This document shows, piece after piece, positions 1 through 12,450 of a stretch of DNA of 64,000 nt. The notes under the pieces are model-generated. The model saw only the letters and a program-made list of their open reading frames with translations, did no database searches and was not told where the DNA came from. This stretch comes from Scenedesmus sp. PABB004 (taxonomy: Eukaryota), in assembly GCA_014905635.1 (NCBI GenBank), contig CM026548.1, positions 868,001 through 932,000 of the forward strand. Direction: 5' to 3'. The translations under genes and the position numbers were made by a program. The stretch's first letter is position 1. Each line of letters opens with the position of its first letter.

Positions 1-908
1 TCTCCTGCCAGCAGCGCGCGTCGATCGAGAGCTGGCGCGCGCAAAACCCGGGGTGGACGCACCGGCTCTGGGACGACGCAGAGATGCGGGCCTTTGTGGC
101 GGAGCGCTACCCCCAGCTGCTGCCGCTGCCGTACGACGCGTTCCTGTCCGGCGCGGAGCGCGCCGACGTGTGGCGCGTGCTCGTGCTGCACGCGGTGCGG
201 CGGCGCGCGGCGCGGCGCCGGGGGCGGGCGTGCGCCCCCGACCTGACCTGGCGCGCGCGCCGCGCGCCGTGCGCCGCCGCAGCTGGGCGGCGTGTACGCG
301 GACGTCGACGTCGTGTGCCTGAAGCCAGTCGAGGCGTGGAGCGCGGAGCACGGCCACGACGCGGCCGTGCTGCTGGGCGTCGAGAACTATGACGAGGCGC
401 GGCTGCACCCGCTGCACGTCGTCAACTGGGCGCTCGCGGCGGTGCCGGGGCACCCGCTGCTCGGGCGCGCCTTCCCCGCCGCCGTGTCGGCGGCGGTGCA
501 GCGCCAGTTCTTCGCGGCCGCGGCGGACGGCAAGCCCGTCAGCGGCGCCGCGTACGAGGCCGGCATCATCGACCGCACGGGCCCAGCCGCGCTCTCGGCC
601 GCGCTCTACGCCTGGTTTGCCGCGGCTGGCGTGCCCGACCCGGCCGCGCTCACATACGCCAACGTCACGTCCGCCGGTGGGCTCGCGGTCGGCGGCGTGC
701 GCGTCGCGCCGATTGACCGCCTCGGCGCGGGCTGGGAAACCGCCGCGGCGCGGCGCGAGGGCGGCAACGTCACTTGCGCCGACGTCGCCGCGAAGCACCC
801 GCGCGCGTGGGTGTGCCACCAGTTCCACGGTCAGCGCGTGGCGCGCGCCGGCGCGCAGGCCGCCGCCGGACGCCGCCGGGCGGCGACGCTGCCGGCGCTC
901 CCGCCTTA

Positions 909-941
<33 letters not shown>

Positions 942-999
942 AGGCTCTTGGCGCGCAAAGTGGAGCTTCGCGGAGCGGCACACGTGGGACGACTGCTGA
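1..999 (+). CDS. Glycosyltransferase family 32 (OCH1-like, DxD motif), 5' end outside window
   Basis: Spliced ERADVWRVLVLHA|LGGVYADVDV...WALAAVPGHPLL...TGPAALS...HQFH|GSW; introns 195-282 and 830-943 (GT-AG); TGA 997-999. Confidence 0.88.
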
Positions 1000-1408
1000 C
1001 GCGCGGGGGGAAGGGGACGGGAGACTCGTGGGCGCATCCCTCACGCATGCCACGCTCGTCAACGTTAAGGCTGGGGCTGAGAGAGAGATGGGTATTGGTT
1101 TGTGGGAAAGGGGCCGTCGGTTGAAGGAGACGCTTCATCTGTCACGCGCGCGCGAGCAGCGGGGGGGCGCGTTTGCTTGCGCAGGCGGCGCAGCGGCGGC
1201 AACAAACGAAGGTGCCGTGCCCCTCCGACCTGCGCCCTCCAGGGCGCGCAGCAGCCGCTCTCACGCAAGCGGCTGCGCGCCAGGGATTCAAAACCGCCGC
1301 GCGGCCGCCCGTCCGCCGACCTGCCGCGCCGCCGCTGCGCCCAGTTCGCCAGTTCGCACCCCTGCGCCCCTGGCACGCGCTCCCCCGCCCCGTGGCAACA
1401 CCACGGCC

Positions 1409-2837
1409 ATGGACTGGATCGCACGGCAGTTCGGCCGGCAGCGCCGCGGCGGTGCGGCGGCGCCGCCGACGCCCCCGCGGCGCCCGCCGCAGCGCGCGAG
1501 CTCGCGCCTGGCGCGCGGCGCGGCGCCCCGCTGGACCTCACCAGCCCCCTGGAGGCGGGCTTGCCCGCTGCGCCGCCGCCCGGCGCCAAGCCCGCGGACG
1601 GCTCGCCTGCCGCGCGAGCGCCGGCGCACGGCGCGCGTGCAAGCCTGCGCCGCAGCAGCGCGTCGTTCTGGCGGCTGGCGGAGGAGCTGGGCGGCAGCGG
1701 CAACCAGGGCGACGACGCGGCCCCCTCGCCCGCGGCGGCCGCAGGCGGGGGTGACTCGGGCCTGCAGCAGCACCTGCTCGCGCCAGACAGCCCGCCGCCA
1801 GCAGCAGCAGGGGGCGAGCAGCCCGGCGCCGTGTCAGCGGCGGCGGCGAGCGCGCTGCTGGCGGCCGCGAGCGACGTGCGCGTCGTCGCCGCCCTGGCGG
1901 CGCTTTCGCGCTCCGATTTGATCCCCCTGAGGCGCGACGACGACGGCTCGGGCAGCATCGACGCAACGCTGGCCTGGTGCCTTGAGGTCGGCCGCCGCGC
2001 CGGAGTGCTGGACCAGCTGGAGCCGCACGCCGTGCTGACCCTGGTGCGTGCGCGGCAGCAATGTGTATGCTTGCGCTGCCAGCTTGCTGCAGCAAGCAGC
2101 TGCCCGCCGCCCGCTGCTCGCAGCTCTGGATGGCGGAGTCGTTTCACTCGCAGTACCGCAGCTCCGCGGGCTGGTCGCTGTACGAGTTCTCCTTCACTGC
2201 GACCGGTTTGCCGGTGGGCGACGCGCGCGTGCAGGCGTGCCTGCGCGACGAGCTGCCGCGGCTGCTCGCGTGGCAGCGCCGCATCCTGCAGGGCTGCGCC
2301 TTCCGCGTGTGGGTCGAGGCGCCGGCGCTGGCCGCCGCGGAGGCCGCACTGCGCGGCGGCGGCGGCGGCGCGGCGCTCGCCGCGCTGCGCGGCGCCGTGG
2401 CGGCGCGGCAGCGGGCGGACGGCGAGGCGCTCGCCGCGCTGGGGCCGCGCGCGCTCGTCGGCGAGGCCGGCGGCGAGCAGGGCGAGGCGCCAGCGGAGGA
2501 CGGGCGCGCGAGCTCGCCAGAGTTTGGCTCGCGCCGCTCGCACGCGACCGGCCGGCAGGAGCTCAAGGGGGCGCCCGACGCGGGCGCGCGGCCGGCCGCG
2601 GCGGCAGGGGGCGGTCGCAGGCCGCTCGGCCCCAAGCAGCAGCTGCTGCACCTGACCACCAGCGCCGGCGCGCAGCAGCACGCGCCCCGCAAGCGCGCCC
2701 GCAGCGAGAGCGGCGGCGGCCGCGGCGCGGCGGGCCAGGCGGCGAGCGCGCGGCCCGGCAAGGCGGCGCGCGGCGGCGGGGGCGCGCGGCACGTGGTGCT
2801 GGGCGCGGCGCTGCCGACCGGCGGCGGCCAGCCCTGA
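1409..2837 (+). CDS. Hypothetical protein
   Basis: ATG 1409; probable introns 1452-1492 and 2044-2123 join protein-like segments (DATLAWCLEVG...VLTL|LWMAESFHSQYRSSAGWSLYEFSF); TGA 2835-2837; no recognised domain. Confidence 0.55.
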
Positions 2838-3069
2838 GAGCCTGGGTGCAGGCGCTCCAAGTGCTGTCGGCTCGGCTCGGCTGTGACGCGCCGCTGCTCG
2901 CCTCGCGGTTCACCGCCAGCTCCGCAGCTGGGCCGGGCGCCAGCCGGCCGCACTTTACAGCGCCCGCCGAGGCGGCACACGCATACGCTCTCGCAGCGCG
3001 GCCGCGGCGCAGCGTCGGCGCGGGCGCAACCGCTGGCGGCCGCCCGGGCTCAGCTGACATGGGCGAGCC

Positions 3070-3213
3070 CAGCCGCGGCGCGGGCGGCGCGGCGCTCGGG
3101 CGGGGCTGCTCAGCCGCGCGGGCGGCGCGGCGCTCGGGCGGGGCCGCTCAGCCGCGCGGGCGGCGCGGCGCTCGGGCTGGGCCGCTCAGCCGCGCGGGCG
3201 GCAAGGCGCTCAG
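3070..3213. repeat. 38-bp minisatellite, about 4 copies, at the RPA3 3' end
   Basis: Unit cagccgcgcgggcggcgcggcgctcgggcggggccgct starting near 3070, 3111, 3149 and 3187. Confidence 0.85.
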
Positions 3214-3688
3214 GCGCGGGCGTGGAAGAGCTCCGCGTGCGCGCCGTTGGCGAGCTTGAGGAACTCGCCATAGAGGTTGAGGTCTGCCGGGCGGGCGCGG
3301 GTGTGGGCATGGGGCGCAGGGCGGGGCGGTTGGCGGCGGTGGGCGCGCCGCGCGCCGCGCTGTGGCGCTGCTGCCGGCGCGCGCGCAGCGGGCGCTCGCG
3401 CCAGCGCTGCCGCCCGCGCGCCGCCGGCGGCGCACCAAACGCGTCGCCGTAGTTGACGTGGCTCTCCTCCCGGATGGTGCACGGGTCCACCACGACGCCG
3501 GTGATCTCCGCGAACTGCGTGTCGTACGGCGAGTTGGCCTGCACCAGCACCTTGCTGCCGTCCGGCGCGACCATGTTCACCACGCCGTTTCCCATGCTCT
3601 CGATCTTGCCCACGAACACCACGGTCTGGCCGATCATGTTCTTGAGCTGCGGGAACCCCACCCGCGGCGTGCAGGCGTCCGCGGCCAT
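3210..3688 (-). CDS. RPA3: Replication protein A 14 kDa subunit
   Basis: TPRV...IGQTVVFVGKI...FAEITGVV...YGDAF|DLNLYGEFLKL; one intron 3284-3435; about 108 aa OB-fold. Confidence 0.9.
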
Positions 3689-4972
3689 CGTGCTGCTGCC
3701 GGTGCTGCGCGGGCCGCGCGGGCGCGGCGGGGCTCCGGCGGGCCGGGAGGGCGCGCGGACGGCGCGAAGGCGTCGCCGGCACGGCTGGGGCGCCCGGGCG
3801 GGACCTGGCAGCGGCCGAGCGGCGAGCTGGGGATGCGGGCCTGGCGGGCGCTGCCGGGCCTGCTGGCCGCTGGCGGAGGCGCTTGGGTGCGGAGTGCGTG
3901 GCGGCTGGGAGTGTGGGAGGGCGAGCGGGGGGCGGGGAGGCCTCGTGCGCGGCGATTCAATTCAAAACCGCGCGCTGCGCTGCTGTGCCGCCGGGCGGCG
4001 CCGGCATGAGCACACCGGCTCAGCGCAGCCTGCGCCGCCGCCGCCGCCGCCGCCGCCGCCGTCGCTGAACTCAACCGTCGCCGCCGCGCCACGCGCGTCC
4101 GCTGCGGCAGCGGCAGCGGCAGCTGCGCGCGCGCGCCGCCCGGCGACGCCGCCGCCGCCGCGAGTCCCTGCGTGCCGCCCGGCGCCCTGGGCGTCCCAGA
4201 CGCAGCGTCGCGCCGGCTGCGCAGCTGCAGGCCCAGCGCCAGCAGGGGCGCAGAGCAGCAGCAGCGCCAGCCGGGTCGCCCTGCGCCGCCGCGCCGGCGC
4301 CATCCGCGCCTCCATGGCGCGCGGGGCCCGGCTGCCGCTGCGGCGCCTGGCGCGGGCGGGCTGGGCGGCGCTGCGCAGTTGTCAGGCGGGGCACAGGGGT
4401 TCGATTTGAGCGCGGCGCGCCAGGTGGCGCGGCGCCGCGCGGCGCGCAGCCCCCGAGCTCCGCCGCTGGCGCGCGAGCGGCCCCGCGCGCCGCACACCAC
4501 CGGCGCACCTGGCGCCGCCGGCGCTCAGTCGTTGCCGCCGCGGCTGCCGTACCCGGGCGGCGGGCAGTCCGGCAGCGCGTCGCAGTGGCTCGCGCGCGGG
4601 TCGGGGCAGGGGTCGGTCGGTGCAGCGCCCGCCGCGAGCCACGCAGCCGTCTCCGGCGCGCCCTCGACCGGGCCGCACGGCGCCTCGATCGACGCGCACG
4701 CTGCGGCGGCGCCGCCCGCCGCCGGCGCGGCGCCGGGCGCGGGGCTCTGACTCGTGGGCTCCATCCTGCCGCGAGTGGAGGGGCAGCGGTGTGCGCCGCT
4801 GCGGCCGCCGGGGCCACGCTGTCGTCGCCGCGCGTGCCGCGACGCGTGACGCGGTTTGCGCAACCGCGATCCAGCGGCGTGCAGCGGTGGTGCGAGCACG
4901 CGCGCTCGACTCGCCCGCTGCACCGCTGCGCCAGGCAGGGCGCCTGCGGCGGGCGCGCTCGCCGCGCTGTCG

Positions 4973-6626
4973 ATGTCCGCCGCCGCCGCCGCCCTCCCGC
5001 TCACCGACGCCGACGGCGACGCTCCCACCGCCGATCAGGTGCGGGCGCGCGGCCCTGGCACCTGCAGAGCAGCGGCTGGCGACGAGCAGCGCCGGCAGCG
5101 GCGCCGGCAGCGGCGCCGGCAGCAGCGCCGGCAGCAGCGGCGCCGCGCCGCGCCCCAGCGCCCGCCCACGCGCCGCGCGCCCGCAGCTCCAGGCCCTGGC
5201 CGACCTCCCCTGCGCCCTGAGCGAGGCCGCCGAGCACGAAGTGCTCAGCGTGGCGGCCGCGCACGTGGCGCGGCTCGCGCCCGCGGCGTACGTCCGGTGC
5301 GCGCCGGGCGGCGCCGCCGCCCGGCCGCGCCGCAGGGCGCCGGCGCGCCGCCGCCGCGCCCGCGCCCGCGGCGGCGCTGATCGGCGCGCGGGGGCGCACC
5401 GCTCGCAGGATTCTGCTCGCGGGCGGCGACTGCCAGCCGGTCGAGGTGCTGGAGTGGGGCTCCGACGCCGCGCTTGTGGCGGCTGCGCGCGGCGCGGCGG
5501 ACGGCAACGCCAGCCAGCAGGCGGCGATGCGGCGCGGCGCGGCGCTGCACGTGCAGCAGCTGCACGCGCGGTGAGCGCGGCGCGCGCGCGCGGCCGGCCG
5601 GGCGGCGGCCGCGGCCCAGCGCCTGCGCGGCGGCCCGCGCGACGCTGGCGCGCGCGCCCCCGCCGCGGCGGCGCACGCACAGGCACGGCGAGTACGCCGA
5701 CTGGCGCGCGCTGGCGCAGCGCTGCGGCATGCGGAGCGTCGGTGTCGTGCCGCTGACCCTCGCGGGCAGCGTGCACGGCGCGCTGCTCGCGGCGTCGCCG
5801 GCGCCGCGCTGCTTCACGCCCAGGTGTGTGTGCGCGAGCCCTGCGGCCGCCGCGGCAGGGCCGGCAGCAGCAGCTGGAGAGCGGCGGCGGCGGCAGCGGG
5901 AGCTGCGCGGCGGCGGCGGCAGCGCCCGCGCGCGCCGCCCGACCGCGCCGCCGCCGCCGCCGCCGCTGCCGCTCCGCCGCCGCGCAGCGCCATGGCGCGC
6001 CTCGCGGCGGCGGCGCAGCTCCTCGCGCCCTACGCCGCGCTGCTGGCCAAGCACGAGCAGGCCGGGCGCACGCGCGGCCTGCTGCACCAGCTGCTGCCGG
6101 CGCGCGTCGTGCGCGCGGCGATCGATCGCGTCGCGGGGGCAGGCTTGGCGCGGTCGACCTCTTCGCCCCCAGCGCGGACGCCCTCGCGGGCGACGGCTGA
6201 CGCGGCCGCCGCATCGCTCCGCGCGGCCCTCCCTCTCCGCCCCGTGACCCCCCCCCCCTCCCCCTGGCACACGCGCATGCGGCACGCCCGCGGCCCGCGA
6301 GGTTGGGCGCGCGCGCGCCGCGCTGTGGTGCGCAGGCGCCGGCGGCGTCGGGCGTTCGGACGTCGGGCGCGAGCACGTGCGCCGCCTGCCTGCCTGCCTG
6401 CCTGCCCGCAGGCGCTGCGCTGGCCGCGGGCGTCGCGGCTGGCGATCGGCTGCCTCGCGCGCCGCCCGGCGTCGCGGACTGGAGTGTTACGGCAGGCACG
6501 CCCCGGCCCCGCCTCCTCCTGGGGCGGCGGAGCCCCCCCCCCCCCCCCCCCCACCCTCCACCCGTCCGGCGCTCGCTCGTTCTGGCGACAAGAGATGGCG
6601 CGTTCAACGCCAGACGGCAACGATGA
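4973..6626 (+). CDS. GAF-like domain protein followed by an LLHQLLP helix; both ends uncertain
   Basis: Spliced LQALADLPCALSE...AYVR|ILLAGG...LHVQQLHA|RHGEYADWRALAQRCGMRSVGVVPL...GALLAAS...F|...LLHQLLPARVV; further upstream exons possible from about 4006. Confidence 0.5.
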
Positions 6627-7495
6627 CGACAACGACGACGACAACGGCGGCGGGGGGCTCACAGAAACAACGGTGCACGCGCGCGCGCGCGCGAGACGCG
6701 CGCGCCGTGCCCTGCCTTGCGGCGCGCGGCAGGCCGGCACGCCGCGGCGGCGGCGGATTGGTGAGCGCAAGTGTGTGTGGGCGGCTGCACGTGTAGCATG
6801 ATGAGTGTATCAGTATCCTCGGGGCCCCTCGCCCCCGCCACGTGGCGCGGCGCCCAGGCAGTTCCATCACGCAGCGCCAACGGTGCAGCCTGTCCTGCTG
6901 GCTGAGTGAAAAGTGATTCCCCCGCGCTCCTCCTCCGGCCGGGCGCCGGCCTGGCGCCGGCGCAGTCGTTATTCGTGCGCCCACGCCTCGGTTCAGGGCC
7001 GCGCGCGCGCGGCGCGCGCCTGCCCATCATGCGCCTGGGGCGGCGCGCAGCGCAGCGGCTGCGCCGCGGGCCCGCCGCCCGCCGCCGGCAAGCATCCCGC
7101 CGCGCCGCGCTCTCCGCGAGCGGGCGCCGGCCGGGAGCAATGCGCTCAGTTCATTGCGGTCCTGCGAGCTCCCCCGCGCGCGCGCGCGACGGCGCAAATG
7201 CCGGCACGCGTCCGTGGGGCGGCGAGGCGCGCGCGCCTCCTCCTGGTCCTAGTCGGCGCGGGCGGTGCTGGGCGTTAGCGCTCACGCCGCGCCGAGCGCC
7301 CAGCAAGTGCACGTCATGCGCGGCGCGCGGTGCCGCTCGCTCAAGTGCTGCTAGCTCGCCGTCGTTCTGCCAGGTTTCCTCCGTGCGCCGCGCGCCGCGG
7401 GCGCGCCGCCGTTCCGTTCCGGTTTTTTCCCGCGCGGCGCGCCCGCGTGCTGTTTTCGGCCGCGCGGCGCGCGCGTCAGACGCCGTCAGACGCCG

Positions 7496-7714
7496 TCAGA
7501 CGCCGTAGTAGTGCCCCGTCCAGAGCGTGCCGTACGACGCCGCCGCAAAGGCGAGGCCGAGCAGCGGGACCGCGAACGAGAGGCCCATGAGCACCGTCAG
7601 AATGTTCCAGCGGCTGCCCACGTACACGTCGCCCTGCCTGCGCGGCGCGCGGCGTGTGAGGTGCTCAGCGCGCCGCGCGCGCTGTGCTCGCTGCGGCGGC
7701 GCGCTGTGCTCGCT

Positions 7715-7745
<31 letters not shown>

Positions 7746-8338
7746 ACCAGTTTTTGGAGTAGAGGTGCTCGTGCAGCTCGCGGTCCTTGTCCACCTCGTC
7801 CGCGACGTACGCGTCGTGCAGCAGCGCTGCGAAGGCGGCGCGGCGGGGTCAGCGAGCCTGCCGCCTGCCGCGCCGGCTGCCGCGCCGCGCCGCGCCGCCC
7901 GCCGCCGGCCCGGCCCCGGCCCCGGCGCAGCCCCGCTCACAGAGCTCCTCGCCGAGCGTCTTCCCGCCGAGCTGCGGGCCGCGCGGCAGCTTCTCGGGGT
8001 CGTGCTCCGGCAGGCGGCCGCTGAAGATGGGCAGCACGTCGTCGGCCTCGTCGTGGGCGCGCACGCGCACGGCCAGGCCTGGCGGCGGCGCGCGCGGCGG
8101 CGGCGGCGTCGTGAGCGGGCGCGGGCAGCGCGCGGCGGTGACGCTCCCCACGCCGGCGCCCCCCCCCCGGGGCGCGCCCTGCCGCCTGAACGCGCGATGC
8201 CAGCCCGGGACTGGCCGTTGGCCGGGCGCCGCGCAGCGCACCGTGGCCGGGGCGCGCGGGCCGGGCGCCGCGCGGCCGCGCAAGCCGGGACGCTCTCGGC
8301 AGCGCGATGCGGGAGGAGAGGACCAGGGTGAGCGCCAT
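7496..8338 (-). CDS. Small, probably plastid-targeted single-pass membrane protein
   Basis: Arg/Ala/Ser-rich N-terminus with VRVRA-like cleavage site; C-terminal WQGDVYVGSRWNILTVLMGLSFAVPLLGLAFAAASYG; 3 introns. Confidence 0.7.
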
Positions 8339-8905
8339 GGCGGGTCTGCGGGGCGCGTGCGCGGCGGGCGGTGGCGGGCGCGCGACGCAATCGCTCCGGG
8401 ACTGCCCGCGGCCAATTCGCGCCGCCGCGAGACCGGCACGGCGCCTGAGATGCGCACGATACTCCCGTCCCAGCGTCCGGCATGCCGCTGAGGCTTTTCG
8501 ACGCGAGCCCGCGCCGCGGCCGGGCTGCGAAATCGCTGCTGCTGCTCCCGCCGCATGCGCGCGTCACCGCTGCCCCGCGCCGCACCGGCAGTCAATTCAG
8601 CGCAGTTTGGGCTTGCGTGCGTAGTTTTCAGGGCGCCTGCGCGCCCAGGGGCTGCGACCAGTCTTGCGGTGTCGGTGGTGGGCGCGCGGCGCGCAGGGGT
8701 GGGCGTCGTGAGCACACGAGTGGCGCGGCGTGGCTCGAGACTGGCGGGGCGCCGCGGCGGCTTTGGAGCTGTCATTTTGCTGCGCTCCCGTGTTCGCGCA
8801 CCGCCCCCCGCCCTCGCCACACCTCCGTTGCTGTCTCGCCGTGCTGCCGCCCTGCCCGCCAGGTCGGCCGGCGCCGCGGCAGCAGCAGCAGCAGGCCGCG
8901 GCGCG

Positions 8906-11286
8906 ATGGCGGCCGGCGCGCTCGCGGACGACGCCGCCGCGTTGGCGGCGCTGGCCGCAAAGTTTGGGGACGACAGCGATGACGCCGAGGGCGCGGTGGC
9001 GCCGGGCGCGCCGGCCCCGCCGCGCGGCGCCGGCGCCGGCGGCAGCGGCGGCGGCAGCGGCGGCGTGGCGGCGCCCGGCCCGCCGCCTCCCGACAGCGAC
9101 GAGGACGAGGACTGGGACGAGGACGACGACGCGGACCTGGACGACGACGACGACCTGTACGCGGCGCTGGAGTGGGCGGACGCGCAGGAGGGTGAGCGCT
9201 GACGCCGCTCACCGTCGCACAAGGCAGCGCCGCGCACAGCGCCCGCCGGCCGGCCGGCGCCTCCGCTGACGTTCCCCGCCCGCAGGGCACGCGGCGCGCG
9301 GGCACGGCGCGCTCGCGTTTGCGGCGGCCGCCGCCGGCGGCGCCGGCGGCGCGCCGCCGCGCCCCAACGCCGCCGGCGGCGCGGCGGCGCGGCGCGCGCT
9401 GCAGCCGGCCGCCAACGCGGCGCAGCGGCTGAGCAGCCGCATCCGCGTGCGCGACGACCCGCTCGACGGCCTCGCCCCCGGCGTGCGCCTCGGCGCGGGC
9501 GTCGCGAACGAGCTGCGCGCCGCGGGCGCCAAGGCCGCGGCGGCGCGGCTGCGTGCGGGCGACAAGAGCGACCGCGCGACAGTCGAGCAGGCGCTCGACC
9601 CGCGCACGCGCATGGTGCGCCGCGCACGCGCCGCGCCACACGCGCGTGCGCCGGCCCGCCGCCGCAACCGCCGCGGCCGCCGCCGGCGGCCCTCCCCCCT
9701 CCCCCGCGCGCGGCCGCCGGCCCGCCCGCCGCCGCCGCCGCCGCCGCATCACCGCCCTCGGCCCGCCTCACCGCCCTCGGCCCACCGCCGCGCCGCCCGC
9801 GCCCCGTGCCGCGCCCCGCCGCGCCCGGCCGCAGGTGCTGTTCAAGATGCTGAACCGCGGCGTGTTCAGCGAGATCCACGGCTGCGTGTCGACGGGCAAG
9901 GAGGCCAACGTGTACAGCGCGCTCAGCCCGGCGGGGGAGCACCTGGCCATCAAGGTCTACAAGACCTCCATCCTGGTCTTCAAGGACCGCGACAGGTGGG
10001 CGAGAGGGAGAGCGGGGGAGAGAGTGCGTGTCCGAGCTGTGCGTGCGGGCTGCGCGTGCGTGTGCGGTGGGCGCGCGGGCGGCGCGCTGCTGCGCTGGGT
10101 GGCGGCGCACGCCCGACGGCCCCCCACCACCACACACACACGCGCGCCGCGCCGCGCCGCCCCAGGTACGTCTCCGGTGACTTTCGCTTCCGCTCGGGCT
10201 ACTGCCGCTCCAACCCGCGCAAGATGGTGCAGACCTGGGCCGAGAAGGAGCTGCGCAACCTGGCGCGCCTGCGCGCCGCGGGCGTGCCCGCGCCCGCGCC
10301 GCTGCTGCTGCGCAGCCACGTGCTGGTCATGGAGCTCATCGGCACAGACGGCGTCGCCGCGCCGCGGCTAAAGGTGGGCGCGCGCGCGGGCCGCGCCGCC
10401 GGCGCCGCTGCCGCCGCCGCGCTCTGCCACTGCCGCTGCCACCGCCGAGCGCTGACGCGCGCCGCTGGCGCCGCGCTCGCAGGACGCGGGCCTGCCGCTC
10501 GCCCGGCTGTGCGCCGCGTACGCGCAGCTCGTGCGCATCGTGCGCACGCTCTACCAGGCCTGCCGCCTCGTGCACGCCGACCTCAGCGAGTACAACATAC
10601 TCGTGCACCAGGCGCGACGCGCGCGCTGCGCGCGCCGTGCGCGCCGTGCGCGCCGTGCGGAGAGGGCCTCGCCGCTGCGGGCCTCCCGGCGGCGGCGCGG
10701 CGCTCGCGGCGCGCCCAGCGCTCGGAGCGCAGCGCGCGCACACAGCAGCGCCGGGGGCGGACAGCGCGCGCGGACTGCGGACCGCCCCTGTTAATCCCTC
10801 CCGCCCAGAGCCTCCACGGGCGCGGGAGTTTCAGATGGGGCGCACAGCGACCGGGAAGATTCGCTGACAGCGCCCGACGCCCGTGGGCGTGCTCTGATAG
10901 TAGCTTCCCCACACCTCTTCCTCCCTCCCTCCCTCCCTCCCGCCCTCCCTCCCTCACCCCCTCCCGCACGCACGCATCCAGCGCCCCCCCCCCACCGCCG
11001 CGGCGCCGCGCCCCACCACCCCCGCCCCGCCGCGGCCGCCGTAAACCCTCGTGCCACGCGCCCCAAACCCTGAACCCCCCAGGGCTCGCTCGTGATCATC
11101 GACGTCAGCCAGGCGGTCGACCTGGACCACCCCAAGGCCCTCGACTTCCTGCGCGAGGACTGCGCCCACGTCAACGACTTTTTCAGGCGCGCCGGCGGCG
11201 GCCTCGGCTGTGGCTGTGCTTTGCCGCCGGCCAGCAGCGCAGCGGGGGCCGCGCGCGGGCCCAGCCTGCGCGCAGGGGCAGCGGCA

Positions 11287-11331
<45 letters not shown>

Positions 11332-12416
11332 GCGCCTCGCCCTCACGGCCCCCGCGCCCGCCCCCGCCTGACCCCGCCCCCGCCTGCCCCCGCGCCCGCC
11401 GCGCGCGCGCGCAGGCGCGGCGGCGTGGCGGTGCTGACGCACCGCGAGCTCTTTGATTTTGCTGTCGACCCACACATCAACGCAGACAACGAGGCCCACG
11501 TGCTCGACGCGCTGCAGGAGCGCGCGGCGAGGTGCGGCGCGGCCAAGGTCGATCGTGCGCGGCACACCGCCGGCCGCCCGCACGCCGCGCGCCGCGCGCG
11601 CTCCGCCGCCGGGGGCTGGCGCGACGCCGCCGCGCGCCCGCGCGCCCCGCGCGCGCCCGCCGCCGCAGCCGGCCGCTCGAGCGCGGCGCCGAGGCGGACG
11701 TCGCGGCGGCGGTGTTCCAGCAGGCGTTCATCCCCCGCAAGCTTGACGAGGTGGCACACTATGAGCGCGACCGCGAGCGCCTCGCCGGCGGCGGCGGCAG
11801 CGAGGGCATCTACTACCAGGCAGTGACCGGCATGGCCGCCGACCTCTCCGGCGCGGGCGGCGCGCCCGCGGTGCTGCAGCAGCAGCGCGGCGGCGGGGAG
11901 GCCAGTGGCGCGCCGGGCGCGCCGCAGCAGGCGGCGGCGGCGGCTCAGCAGGCAGGGCAGCAGGAGCAGCTGGAGCAGCAGCGGGAGCAGGAGCAGCAGC
12001 GGGAGCAGGAGCAGCAGCAGCAGCAGCAGCAGCAGGCCGGGCCAGGGCCGGGGCCGGGCGACGGCGGCGGCGGCGGCGCCAACCGCGCGGCCGCGCTCGC
12101 GGCGGCGGCGGCGACCGCGGCGGCGGCGGCGGCCAAGGTCAAGCCCAAGGCCGGCAAGGGCCCCGCCTTCATGGCCTTCCTGCCCAAGGCGGAGGACCAG
12201 CTGCCCCTCGCGGCGGCGCCCGGCGGCGGCAGGGCCGGCAGGAGCCGGGGCGCGGCGTCCGCCGCGAGCGGCGCCGGCGCCGGCGCCGGCGCCGACGTGG
12301 CGGGCAGCAGCGGCTGCGCGCCGCCGGCCGGCGCGGCGGCGCCCGGCGCCGGGGCGGCAGCGGCGGCGGCAGCAGCAGCAGCAGCAGCAGCGACAGCGAC
12401 GACAGCAGCGGCAGCG

Positions 12417-12450
<34 letters not shown>

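Noticed and set aside
6798..6905. ATGATGA ... CTGA resembling a box C/D snoRNA
   Set aside because: No convincing terminal stem, C'/D' boxes or rRNA-complementary guide found
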